Assembly (NCBI GenBank): GCA_030141605.1
Contig: JAQGDQ010000030.1
Location: 1 to 64,000 of the forward strand
DNA: 64,000 bases
From: Tubiluchus corallicola
Lineage: Eukaryota; Animalia; Priapulida
Direction of reading: 5' to 3'
The notes under the pieces were generated by a model. It saw nothing but the letters and a program-made list of their open reading frames with translations, had not been told where the DNA came from and did no database searches. The position numbers and the translations under genes were made by a program. The first letter of the stretch is position 1. Each line of letters opens with the position of its first letter. Positions 31,206 through 57,700 of the stretch are shown here, piece by piece.

Positions 31206-34200
31206 ACAGGCAGGCAGAGAGAGAGAGAGAGAGCGAGTACGTACAAGTCTTACCTGCTGGTACAAAACCAGGTGAGTATTTGCTCCAGTCAGGTTGCTCA
31301 GTACCAGCCGTCGTTCCATGTTTAGAAAGAACCAAGAAGATTTCTCACAAAAAAGCTTAAATACAAAATTGGAATATACCGAAATATATTCAAATATATA
31401 TTGTGAAAAGAAAAATCGATAACCCAATAACAACATTATTTGTATTTTGCACCATATGACAGTTATGTTTTGGTTGAATGACACTTCATTAATCGAATAT
31501 TAAAGAAAGCTACGTGAAACTTAATCGTTATACTACATACGATTGGCGCACATTTTCTGAAAGTCAAAAATTCAGCCTGCCGTTGTGATTCAAAATTTGA
31601 TCATTTTGTTGTTAGTGATTTGCCATTGTTTAATGACAAAATTGCCTTTGGTTTTCTTACTCTATGTAGTGCAGTGCACATTAGAGGTTTCTGTTCATCA
31701 CAAAACCTATTCATGTGTGGAATTGGCTCGCCACATAAGAAAAATGGTGCAAGAAGATTCTAATACCTGTGCCATATGCAATTTGTGCAGTGTGCATTAG
31801 TAATGAGGGGTGCGCGTACTGATAATGAAACCTGAGAAACATTATAGCGTAATTTTAAAAAAGTAGAAAACCATGCAAAAATCGTAATAGAATAGTCAGT
31901 TAAAATCGAAGTACAACCAAAAATTAAAAAATTAAAAATCACTTGTACTCCATTAATAATCGCACTGCCCTAAGCTACAATGTGCTTGTGGCTTGGCTGG
32001 GTCAAAGTCAGATTGCATATTCTGTTTCAATGAAAAAAATCAGTTGCCTGTTTATCGCATTGATTAGTTACTCTTGCAGGTGAAAAAGTAGCAATGGGAA
32101 ATGTGTGCCTGTGGTGTAATACTAAAGGAAAAGGTTTCCGCAGAACTGATGCCGTCCAGAAACACATGACCGACAAAGGACACTGCAAGTTATTATATGA
32201 AGGAGATGCCTTATACGAATATTCAGACTATTATGATTATAGGTATACGATGAAATTTAAATGCTTTATGCATATATGAGTTATGCAGAAGTACCTAAAT
32301 GACAATCTCATAATGTGTAATGGCGTGATTTTCAAGTAAAAAGACCAAGTTGCAATGGATATGGAATATTAAATATATTAAATACAACTATGTAATTACT
32401 TCTTGTTAGTACTAGCTACCCTGACCACGGTGAAGGCCAAGCGTCTGGTGGAGGTGGTTCCGAAGATGAAGAAATTGATCTCCCCACACTTACCGAACAA
32501 AACTATCAACTTGTGCTTCCTTCAGGAGCTACCATCGGTCATCGGTAAGCTGTTTTCGTTTCGCAGTATGCCATAGTCTTTTGAGTGTCGCGCTTCTTTA
32601 TGTCCTGCACTTTTCTGGTGAGCAAGACGTTTGTGGGTGTATATGTGTATATAATATTCTTGTTTGTGAAGCATATCATTAGAAGGAAATTAAAAAGCAT
32701 TTATCAAGTTATAATGACCAGTTTAGCAATTCTGATTTTATGCAAAATTTGCCATGTTTGTGGATTTTTATATGTTTTTGCTTTTGCTATTTTCTAAGTC
32801 ACTTTATCTGCTTTACTACCATTTTCTAAATCGTCTCATCTTGCCATCATTTTACTAAACGTTTAATTTTCCAGTCACTGCAACCTTAAAAAATGACAAG
32901 CAGTACCCCATCTTTTAGCTTTTTTTGCAAAAATTTATAGACTTGCAGTACAGAGAATGGAACAGTTTTGGGTGCAAACTAGGTATAGATGAAAATTCAT
33001 TCTGCAGATGATGTTACATGTATTGTATTAGAGATCCAAGACCTTGCTCATGCTCCGCTTTTCAATAGCAGCTCACCAATTCGTATACATAACCTTCAGA
33101 GAAACTTGAGTTCCGGAGGTTATTTGGGAATTTCAGTGAAAGCTAAGACCACTTCTAGAATGACAAAAAAAGGTTACAATGTATAGAAGTCCAGCATTGA
33201 ATGAAGCGTTAGTAATATAATTAGGCATTCCACTTTTGTGAATCTCATTGCGAAAGCGCAGAATGTGGCATCACCTTCTGTTGTTGTGACCTCCATATTT
33301 CTACTTCGTAGTGTTGTTCCTGTATGAACTAGACACTACTAAATTTTTGCGTATTGTTAATCATTTGTGGGACAATATGGATAAATCCAATGATACTGTC
33401 AGTGTCATGTTAGTCACAAGTTTTTAAATAATACCAGCTTTGCACAAAAAGTTTTTACAGGCCTTGCTGGTTGTTATTCATATTTGTTTCTCAAAGTAGT
33501 TATCAGATTCTGAATTGATTCTATTTTATTCATTTTGTCCTTAAACTTCTGTTTTATCTCATGTGATCATTTTTTAGGTCACTAATACGCTATTATAGAC
33601 AGAATCCGCCGCAACGAAATCGTGAAAATAAATCAGCTGTGAATCGTTTACTCATGCAGTACAAAGCTTTAGGATGGACAGGATACACAGGTGTGTGTAA
33701 TAAACAAAAAAATATACCTGCACATTAAGATTAAAATGTAACACAAAGCAACCGAGTGGATGCTTGATACTCAGGACCAAATACATCTAATGGAGTGGGG
33801 GATTTTAGTTATTGTAATCATCATATAGTGGGCATTTGGCTTCAACAGTGGCACAGTTGTTCTGAGGATTGCACTTGTTGTGGAATATTATTCATATGTG
33901 GAATAGATTTTTCATCAAATTGTTGAAAACAACTTGAAGAATATCGGTGCGTTGATAGAAAAATTTCTCATTTGCAAAATCACAGAATGGATGTAATCTC
34001 ACTGGCTGTAGGCTTTGATCATGAGACCCCACTTCTCACTCAAATCACCTTTCTGCTTTTTGCACTTAAAATTATAATCGTGTTTCCAGTTAAAGAAGTA
34101 ACTGACATCATTGTTGTCATTACCACTATCACAAATTCAACCACTCTCATCATTATCATCATCACCATTGTGATTGTTGCTGTCATCATTGCCATTATCA

Positions 34201-34435
34201 TCATTTCCATAGCCTGTACTTTCTACTGTCATTGTCATCAGCTATGGTTCTCGTAGGTTGAAGAAACATATAAAACATTGTGCATTTTATTATTTTCAAT
34301 TTTGTAGGTACATTAGCTTTACAAAAAGCGAAAGATGTTCGATATCTACAGAAAATGAAATCAAGACATTACGTGAAGCTAGGCGTAAAAGCTAACAAGT
34401 TGCAACCGCACTTCCGTCAACAAGTAATGTTCTAA
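28427..34435 (+). CDS. ZNF622: Zinc finger protein 622 / REI1 homolog (cytoplasmic pre-60S maturation factor)
   Basis: Eight GT-AG coding exons with consistent phases: 28427-28597, 29234-29471, 30474-30578, 30838-31038, 32080-32242, 32410-32544, 33578-33690, 34308-34435. Motifs: TCIACRVVF..QRAHYKSDWHRYNLKRKVAELPPV, CKVCNKHF, CLFC..NLNHMSQKHSFFLPD, CLWCN..HMTDKGHC, LVLPSGATIGHRSLIRYYRQ, KANKLQPHFRQQVMF*. Confidence 0.96.
31142..31232. repeat. (GA)n microsatellite
   Basis: Direct observation. Confidence 0.98.
31787..31968. mobile_element. Small MITE in a ZNF622 intron
   Basis: Imperfect TIR gcagtgtgcattagtaatgag / ctccattaataatcgcactgc. Confidence 0.55.
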
Positions 34436-35469
34436 AAGCAGGTACTTTTCCCGTGATTTTAAACAGTGAAGATATTGGTGAATAGGTTCTTTCTACCATT
34501 AAACTTTCAAATTTCTTAAGTTAAAAATGTGTTGTTGACTAATGGAAGTGGTATTCACAAGGCTGATTGCCTTGCACCAATTAGTGTTTTTTTACAAATA
34601 CCATCCTCTGTCAGTTTAAATAAATTATCAAATTATTATGAAATCACTGTCATTCTAAAATGTTGGTGAAGTTTGTCTGAGTGAAAACAGAGTTCTTGTA
34701 TGTGGTAATGTTTTCACCTAGATCCATTTTCTTTGTTTTATTTGTATGTCAAAATTTCATCTAGAGTCAACAGAATTTTACTGGAAGTGGTGCGAGATTA
34801 TGTAAAAAGTACTTCATGTTCAACGAAACGTGCATTACAAAAAAAGCCACGAATTTGGAAATTGCGCAAGAAACTGCTGTATGTATGAACGGACCCTTAA
34901 AGGGACAGATTTCTTGTGCAAGTCTGGCTGCCAAGTGTCTGTTATTAATAGATTGTTGACAATATTATTGAAGTGGATTTTATTCTTAAGTACAAATGCA
35001 TATTTTCATCCTGTGTTAATCTGCCGTTAGTAAAACCTGAAAAACTTGAAGTGTAAATGATTTTGTAGTGCATCTGCTGCATTTCTCCAAATTTCAGAAC
35101 TAACTTTAGATAAACCACATACTAGTAGGTGATTTGCAATTATTGTAAATAATCAGTTTAGAAAGTGAAGTAAAATAAAAATATAAAATTGTTGAAAGTA
35201 TGACTTAATTATTTCTTGTTGTTTATGACACTGCAAAAATTATTATGATACGTCATTGCTGTAATAATTGCCTTAGTATTAGTCCAACCGTTTAACATAT
35301 TCGTAAAGTATTTTAGCTGGAACTAGTTTGTATATGCTGACAACATGATGTTTGCACAAATAGAAAAACTACATTGTTATGCACCTTGTCTTAGGCCTTG
35401 TACAGTATACATTACTGTACAATTAGAGCAAAAATGCTTATCCAGTATGGCAAATAATGCTTATTCAGC

Positions 35470-36984
35470 AGAACAAACTGAGCTCATCCACTGGAGCAAA
35501 CAAATTTCATCTTCCAGGGCAACCAAACCTCATCCCCAGAGCAAATAAAGGTAATCCACTAAGGCCAACAAAGTTCATCTTCCAGAGTAAACAAAGCTAA
35601 TCCACTGAGGCAAACAAAGCTCACCCACTAAGGCAAACAAAGCAAATCCACTAAGGCAAACAAAGCTCATCTTCCACAGTAAACAAAGCTAATTCACTAA
35701 GGCAAACAACACTTGTCATCCAGGGCAAACAAAGCAAATCCACTAAGGCAAATAAAGCTTAATTGTTAGAGCAAAAAAAGCTAATCCAGGCCACGAGGGC
35801 AAATAAAGCTGATCCTCTAGGGTAGAACAGCATCTCCACTAAAGATGGTAAAACTCATTCACTAGGACAGACAAAGCTAATCCGTTAGGACAAACAAAAT
35901 TAGTCCACTAAGGGAAGCGGAGTTGATCGATCGACTGATGCAAACAGCACTTATTCTCCAAGGTAAATGAGACAGAGACACTTATGATTCACTCACTAAA
36001 GTGCATAAGTCTCATCCACTGAGGAAAATAGCACAGTATACGCATTTGCGTTTTACAAACTAACACCATCCCCACTGCCGCTAAGCTTTTGAATGCAAGG
36101 GATGTGAGCCATTTTATATTGCGATGTCAAAGTAAAATCGACAAGGAACTAAAAAATGGAAACGTGAAATTTTCCATTTTTGCACTCGGACAATGGTGCT
36201 CTTCCATTGTATTATGTAAACAAAGCTAATCCACTGAGGCAAACAAAGCTCACCCACTAAGGCAAACAAAGCAAATCCACTAAGGGAAACAAAGCTCATC
36301 TTCCAGGGCAAACAGAGCTCATCTTCCAGAGCAAACAAAGCGCATCTTCCAGGGCAGACAGAGCTCATCTTCCAGGGCAAACAAAGCTCATCCCCAGGTC
36401 AGGTAAACCTAGTTCACTAAGGCAAACAACGCTCATCATCCAGGGCAAACAAGACTAATTCACTAAGGCAAACAACGCTCATCTTCCAGGGTAAACAAAG
36501 CCAATCCACTAAGGCAAATAAAGCTTAATTGTTAGAGCAAAAAAAGCTAATCCAGGCCACGAGGGCAAATAAAGCTGATCCTCTAGGGTAGAACAGCATC
36601 TCCACTAAAGATGGTAAAACTCATTCACTAGGACAGACAAAGCTAATCCGTTAGGACAAACAAAATTAGTTCACTAGGGGAAGCGGAGTTGATCGATCGA
36701 CTGATGCAAACAGCACTTATTCTCCAAGGTAAATGAGACAGAGACACTTATGATTCACTCACTAAAGTGCATAAGTCTCATCCACTGAGGAAAATAGCAC
36801 AGTATACGCATTTACGTTTTACAAACTAACACCATCCCCACTGCCGCTAAGCTTTTGAATGCAAGGGATGTGAGCCATTTTATATTGCGATGTCAAAGTA
36901 AAATCGACAAGGAACTAAAAAATGGAAACGTGAAATTTTCCATTTTTGCACTCGGACAATGGTGCTCTTCCATTGTATTATGTA
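35470..36984. repeat. 23-bp minisatellite array within a ~0.63/0.77-kb tandem duplication
   Basis: Monomers caaacaaagctcacccactaagg and caaacaaagctcatcttccaggg; block 35587-36215 is repeated as 36216-36984 (offset 766 in the distal part). Confidence 0.92.
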
Positions 36985-39079
36985 CAATGTGTGCTTCGTA
37001 TGAATACTTCAACTTTTTAACTTACGTGTTTAGTGCAATTTCTAATAGGTTTTTAATAAAGTACTGGCAACAATTACTAAGGCTATGCAAAGGCTGGAAC
37101 ACATCGCATGTATATTTCTGACATGAGAGACATCATGTTAGCAATGCTCTATGTACCGTTAAGCTACTAGTGTAAGATAAATTTGTATACTTAGCTAATA
37201 CAGAGGGTTGAAGTCAACAAATCTATCTCATTTGGGTTTTATTTACACGCCCTTTATTTACTCTTGTGCAGTGGACTAGTAGGACACAATGATATAAGCC
37301 CTGCTTGCATAAATATCAGAATATATACCTTTTTAGATATTTGTATTCATTTAGTGTAGTGACATAAATATGTATGAAGTACATTTAGCACAGTATCAAA
37401 CTGTGTTTATTTTCAGGGTAGAAATATGCATTGTGTAAATGAGGTGATGTCTAGAGAAGCAAAAGTCACATCGAAAAATACACGTATAAAATAGATATAT
37501 TAACAAAATGTAGGTCCATTAAATTACGCAGTAGTTATATTGCCACATTTTATTGTTACCTCTTTGAAGCAAGGCAAAATATATATGAACGTGCACCAAG
37601 TTTGTGCAAATTTAACAAAAATATTTTAATTAATAACTAAAATAAAAGCTAAAAATGTTAACACATATTGGCTAAGCATCTTTGGTCAATTAGTTTTTCA
37701 TCTTTGGCTAAACATTTTAGATTGGCATAGTGATTACTGCAGTACAATATTGTAAAAATATATGCTAGATGTTTATAATGCACATGATAAATTGATAAAC
37801 TCTATGACAAAAACAATATGGCAAGTCAATTTAAGAAAGTGCTAACAGAAATTAACTCCACTTAACATTAACTAGCATGCAAAACATGAAATATACAATT
37901 TCAAAAACAAATCATGAATGAGTAATAGTTGAAATTCGGTTATGTTACATTTACTTTCTTTTCCGCTCTTCATCCTTGTTCACTTTTCTATTACACAGAA
38001 CAAAAAGATTTGCTCACAAAAAACGTAGCGTCTTTATCAAGCTTCTATAACTTGTCTATTTTCAGATACAGCAGCTACTACCATCACTAGTACAGTGAAT
38101 CTCAGTAAAAAGAAGTCTGCATATTTAACCGTTCAAAGAAGAAAAATAAGTAACATACCCACAGCAGTGTACCCCTGCATAAATGACAAAACTGGTTTTA
38201 CTACTACATAACTGTAAAATAGCATTGCGAAGAAAATATGGCCATTTTATATAGATCTTCAGTATACATTGCCGAACTATTGTAGTCTTATTAGCTATAT
38301 AGATATTAATGTTTGGAATTAAAATAATAAGTACATAATTATGTGAAAACAAACAAAGTTTTCCAAAAAAAAATCAAAAATGGACAAAGCTCAACAACTT
38401 ATATACAGTTATGGATAATAATCTATTAATTACACTTCACAATACTGGCACTGAAAACTCTAGAAAGAGTTATACATTATACATAATGGACGGTTAGTAA
38501 GTAATGTTTATAAACTACCTAATGAATAATCAATTAGTAATAAAAATAGAACAGTTTCAACACATTCACAGTTTTAATTTTAAATAGCTCATATGTCATT
38601 GTATTTGCAACAATACTGAAATAAACAAATTTTTACTGAATATATATCCAACATCTTGATTCCTACTTGGTTAAGAGTTGAATTCCTTACTTGTTTTCAA
38701 CAAATTTATTACGTTTGCAGTTACCTCTAGAATTGTTTCATTTGATATTGTCTATTGAAAAAAGTATTTTTGTATCTCTTTATGAAGGAGCAATAAGCTA
38801 CTTGAAGGTGCGATGGTTGGATGCAATGACCTGGAATCAGAACTTGGTGTGTTAAGCAGGGATCTCTTAAAGATATTAGATAAAATTTGTTATTTTTAGG
38901 TTCACTTTAGTTGATTCAGCGGTCATTTCAGACAAAATTCAATTTTGTCCCACAAATAATGAGTTAGGAATGACTTATTCATAGTAATCCTTGGAGCAAA
39001 ATATACTTGCCTTCCGGACAATTCAACTCTCGTGACAAATATGGCATTTATTGTCAAGAATGGTAGGGAAAAAAGCTGC

Positions 39080-52963
<13,884 letters not shown>

Positions 52964-54109
52964 TTTTGCTCATTTCATGGTCACGTCGATTTTTAAAAGT
53001 AAAATAGTGTTACATAGAAAACTCGTACTAGTACATCTTCTTTGTATTCAACATGTATTCTCTTTGGAACTTGGCAGGCTTTACGTAACACATAGCGAAT
53101 CTTGCTTTCTGTCATCTAGTAACGCAACTCGACAAATGTAGTACATTGCTCGTATAATGACATAACAAATGCCAACTATCTCTGAAACCGTTATTATCAA
53201 ACAGCTGATTGCTGCTTGCTACACTGCTGCAACCGCACAGCAGGTAAAGCACTTTACTCTCAACTCACTACAAACAATACCACACTATCGGCGTGTGACG
53301 TCATATCTGGTAACCATTCTGAGAATGAGTGGACTCCATACAACTCACCAATCTTCAATTTCGATTTCAGCTCACACGGTTACACCGTGCAGCGAAACTT
53401 AATACTGTCATTTGTTATGGCCCACAAAGTTAATCTTTGCTTAATTAATCATTGTACGTTGAACGTTTTTAAATACCGTGTTTCCTTGAAACCACCCAGC
53501 TCTTTCCCTAGGCTTCCACTTAAGTGCATCACTGGTGATATTTAATACCAACGGGGTACCAAAGATTTAAAAAATGATGTTGCTGGACTTATCGAAGTAG
53601 CATGTAAATAATAGAAATTTTTAAACGGGCACTTGAGCTACCTTGAAAGTAAGTATGAAGTTACTTTAGGTGCTATCTCTATAGCAAGCTTATCATACCA
53701 GGATACTGACAGGTGCTATCCCTGGACTGTGTCTGAACAACCTGATCATACATTGTCATCATCCAAAATTTGTTCCAGAGACCAAGTGCGTACGGATTTT
53801 TGTGGCTTGCGTGATGACGTGTCTCAAAACAAATTGCGTTGCATCAGTGAGAAAAACAAAGAGACATGTGAGCATGCATTATGTCCAATAATTTTTCGTT
53901 TTCGACTTCGCGTAATACAATCATGTTTGTTTTACAAAAATGGCAAACTGCAGTTCGACATCCAGTGCTGAAAAATGATGCTCGTAGTATAATAGCAGGG
54001 ACAACTTTCGCGTAAATACAAAGGATGTCCCCTGAGATGAGATAACATTGAGCTATAGAGCGTCTTCCCTATGTTTCCTCAATGAGAAAAAAATGGTATG
54101 AAACCACAT

Positions 54110-54158
54110 CAGGCAGCCACCCGTCTTTTTTTAACCAAGTCTAATGCTGCTTAACTTT
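54110..54158 (-). pseudogene. Second, shorter 5S rRNA-like fragment
   Basis: Minus strand aagttaagcagcattagacttggtta...gacgggtggctgcctg resembles the 5S box A to box C region. Confidence 0.45.
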
Positions 54159-54295
54159 TGTCTCTTACGATTAATTACTCCTATTTTCTTCAGCACTTCA
54201 TTTCGGCCAATTTCATCGAGTAGTCTTTTTGTAATTGGGCTATAAAGGTGATTGGGACAAACAATGCACGTAACTACTCCAAAAAATACAACAAA

Positions 54296-54417
54296 ACCAT
54301 TCTTGGTACCTGGTATTCATAGGCAGTCGCCCATCTAGTTGCAAGTACAGACAAGGATCGATGCTGCTGAAGTTCAGTGATCAGAGGAGAACCGGTGTTT
54401 TCAATGTGATAGTGGCT
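54296..54417 (-). pseudogene. 5S rRNA-derived sequence (pseudogene or SINE3 head)
   Basis: Minus strand cacattgaaaacaccggttctcctctgatcactgaacttcagcagcatcg...gtactt[gcaact]agatgggcgactgcctatgaataccaggt is colinear with animal 5S rRNA, with substitutions and a ~6-nt insertion. Confidence 0.8.
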
Positions 54418-54744
54418 CCACTTCTATAATGGGTTCATCTAGGAGTCTCGTTCCTACGAAGGGCCCTTTAAAAGTTTTTTGAAAGGGTTTGGTCACACTA
54501 CATGGATACTAGAGGCCTGCAGCTGACGATCTTCGAAGGAACGGGTGCTCAGCTTACATACGAAACTTTTGCTTTTACTCACCAGCTGGAGCTGCTGTGG
54601 TTTCATCCGCGCAATCGCGCGCATTCCTTAGGAAAATAAACGACGAAATTTCAAGCTGCATCAGATTCTAATGTATAATAGTGTGATGTCAATATTATTA
54701 TCAAATGTTGCTAAGCTTGTATTCCTAAGAAAGCTGAAAGTGAA

Positions 54745-57700
54745 ATGCAACTAAAACACCTGAAGACGCTTTTAGAACCACAGGTTTATATTTCTAGTTC
54801 TAGTCTCGCACAGGTTTTGTGTTCAACTGGTTAATAAACTTACTGACTTGTTCGATTTCATTAATAATTATAAACCTCATTTTTTACGCTTCTGTGAAAC
54901 CTGGTTTTCTGAAGATATAGATGATAATGTAATTTGTCCTCAAAATTACTCAATTTTTAGATGTGATAGACACTCCGTTTTTTCTAATGTCAATTGCGGT
55001 GGCATGGCAATTATTGTCAAATCGTGTTTATCTCCTATGCTAATTCTTGTGTCATTCACTGCTGAAACTTGCTGTTAAACTCAAGATTTATTCACGAAAT
55101 AGTCTTGGTGTTGCTTGCATATATATATGTAGATCTTGCGATAATAATTATATTCATGCATTTGGTTATTCTGAGATCAATATACTTGAAGAAATTAAAC
55201 AAGCTATTTCTATCTACTCGCAAAATAATGTTATCACTTGCGGTGATTTTAACTTTCCAAAATTGGCATGGCCTGGCCCTGTTCCTCATAATGATCTTGA
55301 GTGTATGTTTATTGGTTCTTTACGTGATAACCTACTTGAATCTCAGTTAATTCATTTTCCTACTCGCAAAAACAGTTGTCTAGAATTAGTCTTAACTAAT
55401 TGTCTTGAACGCATTAAGAATTGCTGTCCTTGGCAACACAACGCCCATTGCCTCTTTTTCTTCTTTTTTGCAAATCTCTGGAGTGTGGTATAGTCCCTCA
55501 AATTGTAATGTTACCCCCATCATCCTAAAAAACTTAGCATCAGAATGACATGTGATGAATTACACCCCCATTTTCTATCTTCTGTTTTTTATAAATGTCT
55601 AGAATCTCTTTTGTGGGACGATATACTAAAATTCTTGCTATCTTCTGGCCAGTTCAGTAATAATCAACATGGTTCATTACCACAGCGCTCCACCCCGTAA
55701 CAAATCTTCTTCAATGCCTAATTGACTGCTTTACCAATTCTTTGATGACCCTTCCCACCCATCAATTGATATTCTATATATTGATTTAGAAAAGCATTTG
55801 ATTCAATTCCTCTTCGTCGTCTCATGTTAAAAATGGATTTTGCAGTTATAAGAGGGAAACTGCTCCAATGTTTTCGTTATTTTCTAACACACAGACGGCA
55901 GAGAGTAGTTTTAAATGATGTAGCCACTTCCTGGAGAAATGTAACCAGTGGCATTCCTCGAGGGACTTTGTTGGGACCCTATAGTTTTCTTATTTTTATC
56001 AGTGATGTTACTGATTGTGTATCTACTGTTTGTTGATGATATAAAACCTTACCGTCCAACTAGAAATTCCTCTGAGCAGGAGATCTTACAAACTCACCTG
56101 TCTGAAATTGAACGATGGTGTGACAACTGGTTAATGTCCGTCAAACGTATTAAATGCAGCACACTTCGTATTCGTTCTCATTCTACAATGTGTTATTATT
56201 GATGGTCTTATTGAAGTAAAATCAGTTGTACGTGATTTGGGTGTGTTAATCTCAAACAACCTGAAGCGGATCTCACATATTGAGCATATTATTTGTCAGG
56301 CCAATAGACACATGGGAATGATAAAACGCTGTATTATCAAGTTATTGTACCTCTTTATAAAGCTGAAGTTAGACCAACACTTGAGTATGCGTGCGTTGTT
56401 TGGTCACCACAGTATGTTACTCTTAAAAATGCTTTAGGAAGAACTCAATGGTGATGTATTAGTCTGGCCTCTGATGATTTTGTATCTTCTCTTGAACAAC
56501 GCCGTGATACTATAGATCTTATTAACTGTAATAAAGTCATTAGTGGTAGTTCTATTTTGCATAGCGACATATTTTTTTCTAGACCACTACCTGATTTACA
56601 TGGGCACATTTCTAAATTGCTTGTACAATACTCTCGCACTCATATTAGAGCCCATTTCTTTTTTTCTCGTGTTGTGAGCCCTTGAATGCACTTAACAGTG
56701 AAATAGTTGACGCATCAAATCTGCCGCAAATTGTTGAGGAGAGACCGTCAGTAACCGTGTTATGATTAGGTCTCTTAGACTTCGCAAGCAAGTCACTTCT
56801 AAATTTTATAGTCTATCCCAATTGTTCTCATTTGCTATAACTTTTATAGGTAACTGAGTGTTGTTTCCACTTCTGATATATTTTTTCATGCAGATTTGTT
56901 TTTATTCTTTTTCATCGTCAACTTTTTACGAAAGATGGTTATATATATATTTATCATGCCTTATATATTTGTTCCATTAATGGCATTATATTTAGTTTCC
57001 TTTTATCATGCATATTTTGTTTTCCATTATTGATTTTTCATTTATAATTTATTTTCTTCTTTGGTTTGATCTGATTTGGTTCCCCTGTTTTATAGTTTAA
57101 TCGGTTATTTATATAATTTACAGATCTTTTGATTACCATTGCATATTTAGGTCCCCTGACTTTAGTCAGTAAGGACACCTACTGCCATCACGGCGTCTGT
57201 CGGGCATCGGCCACAATTGACTTAATTTTGTATATTTAGCCAAAAGCTTTTGTCTCAGGTCGTTGACCTTTGGCATGCAGCGTAAGATGTTTGTCGTGCC
57301 TCAAAATGAATGACCTAGGCGCAAACAAGAGGATCTTGAATTTTCAAGTTATATGGAATTTTGGACTTTTTGCTAAAAATCTTTTTATCATAAACAAAAT
57401 GTTTTTATACTAATTTTGGACAGTAGATTATATGACCTTTCAAAAGCCTAGCAGTTGCTATGATGTACAAGATCTTAATTTGGCGGTTGCTAGGATATGT
57501 AAAAATGACCATTTCTTCCAAAAACAGATAAAGTACATATTCTTTGACAATTTTGAGGCCAAACAGATGGAAAATACAGAAAATATTGTAATGCTGGAGT
57601 TTCTGACACTGCCCAAATTTTGGTCCACCCGAGGTCACCCAAAAGTCATAAACAGGGAATGTCTCAATCATATCAAGTAATATATATAATTAAAGCTTGG

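Noticed and set aside
33972-34256. Hydrophobic 94-aa ORF in a ZNF622 intron
   Set aside because: It derives from a degenerate (atc)n low-complexity tract and has a non-ATG start.
28598-34307. Intronic snoRNAs in the ribosome-biogenesis gene ZNF622
   Set aside because: No convincing box C/D pair with a terminal stem seen by eye; a covariance-model search would be needed.
35470-36700. CRISPR-like repeat/spacer appearance
   Set aside because: Eukaryotic context, the variable parts are two recurring variants rather than unique spacers, and there are no cas genes.
54520-54570. Hammerhead-like ctgacga...cgaaac
   Set aside because: Stem II does not close next to GAAA, and stems I and III cannot be formed.
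54620-54720. RFX X-box expected upstream of IFT172
   Set aside because: Only partial matches (attccttaggaaaa, gttgcta); no full consensus.
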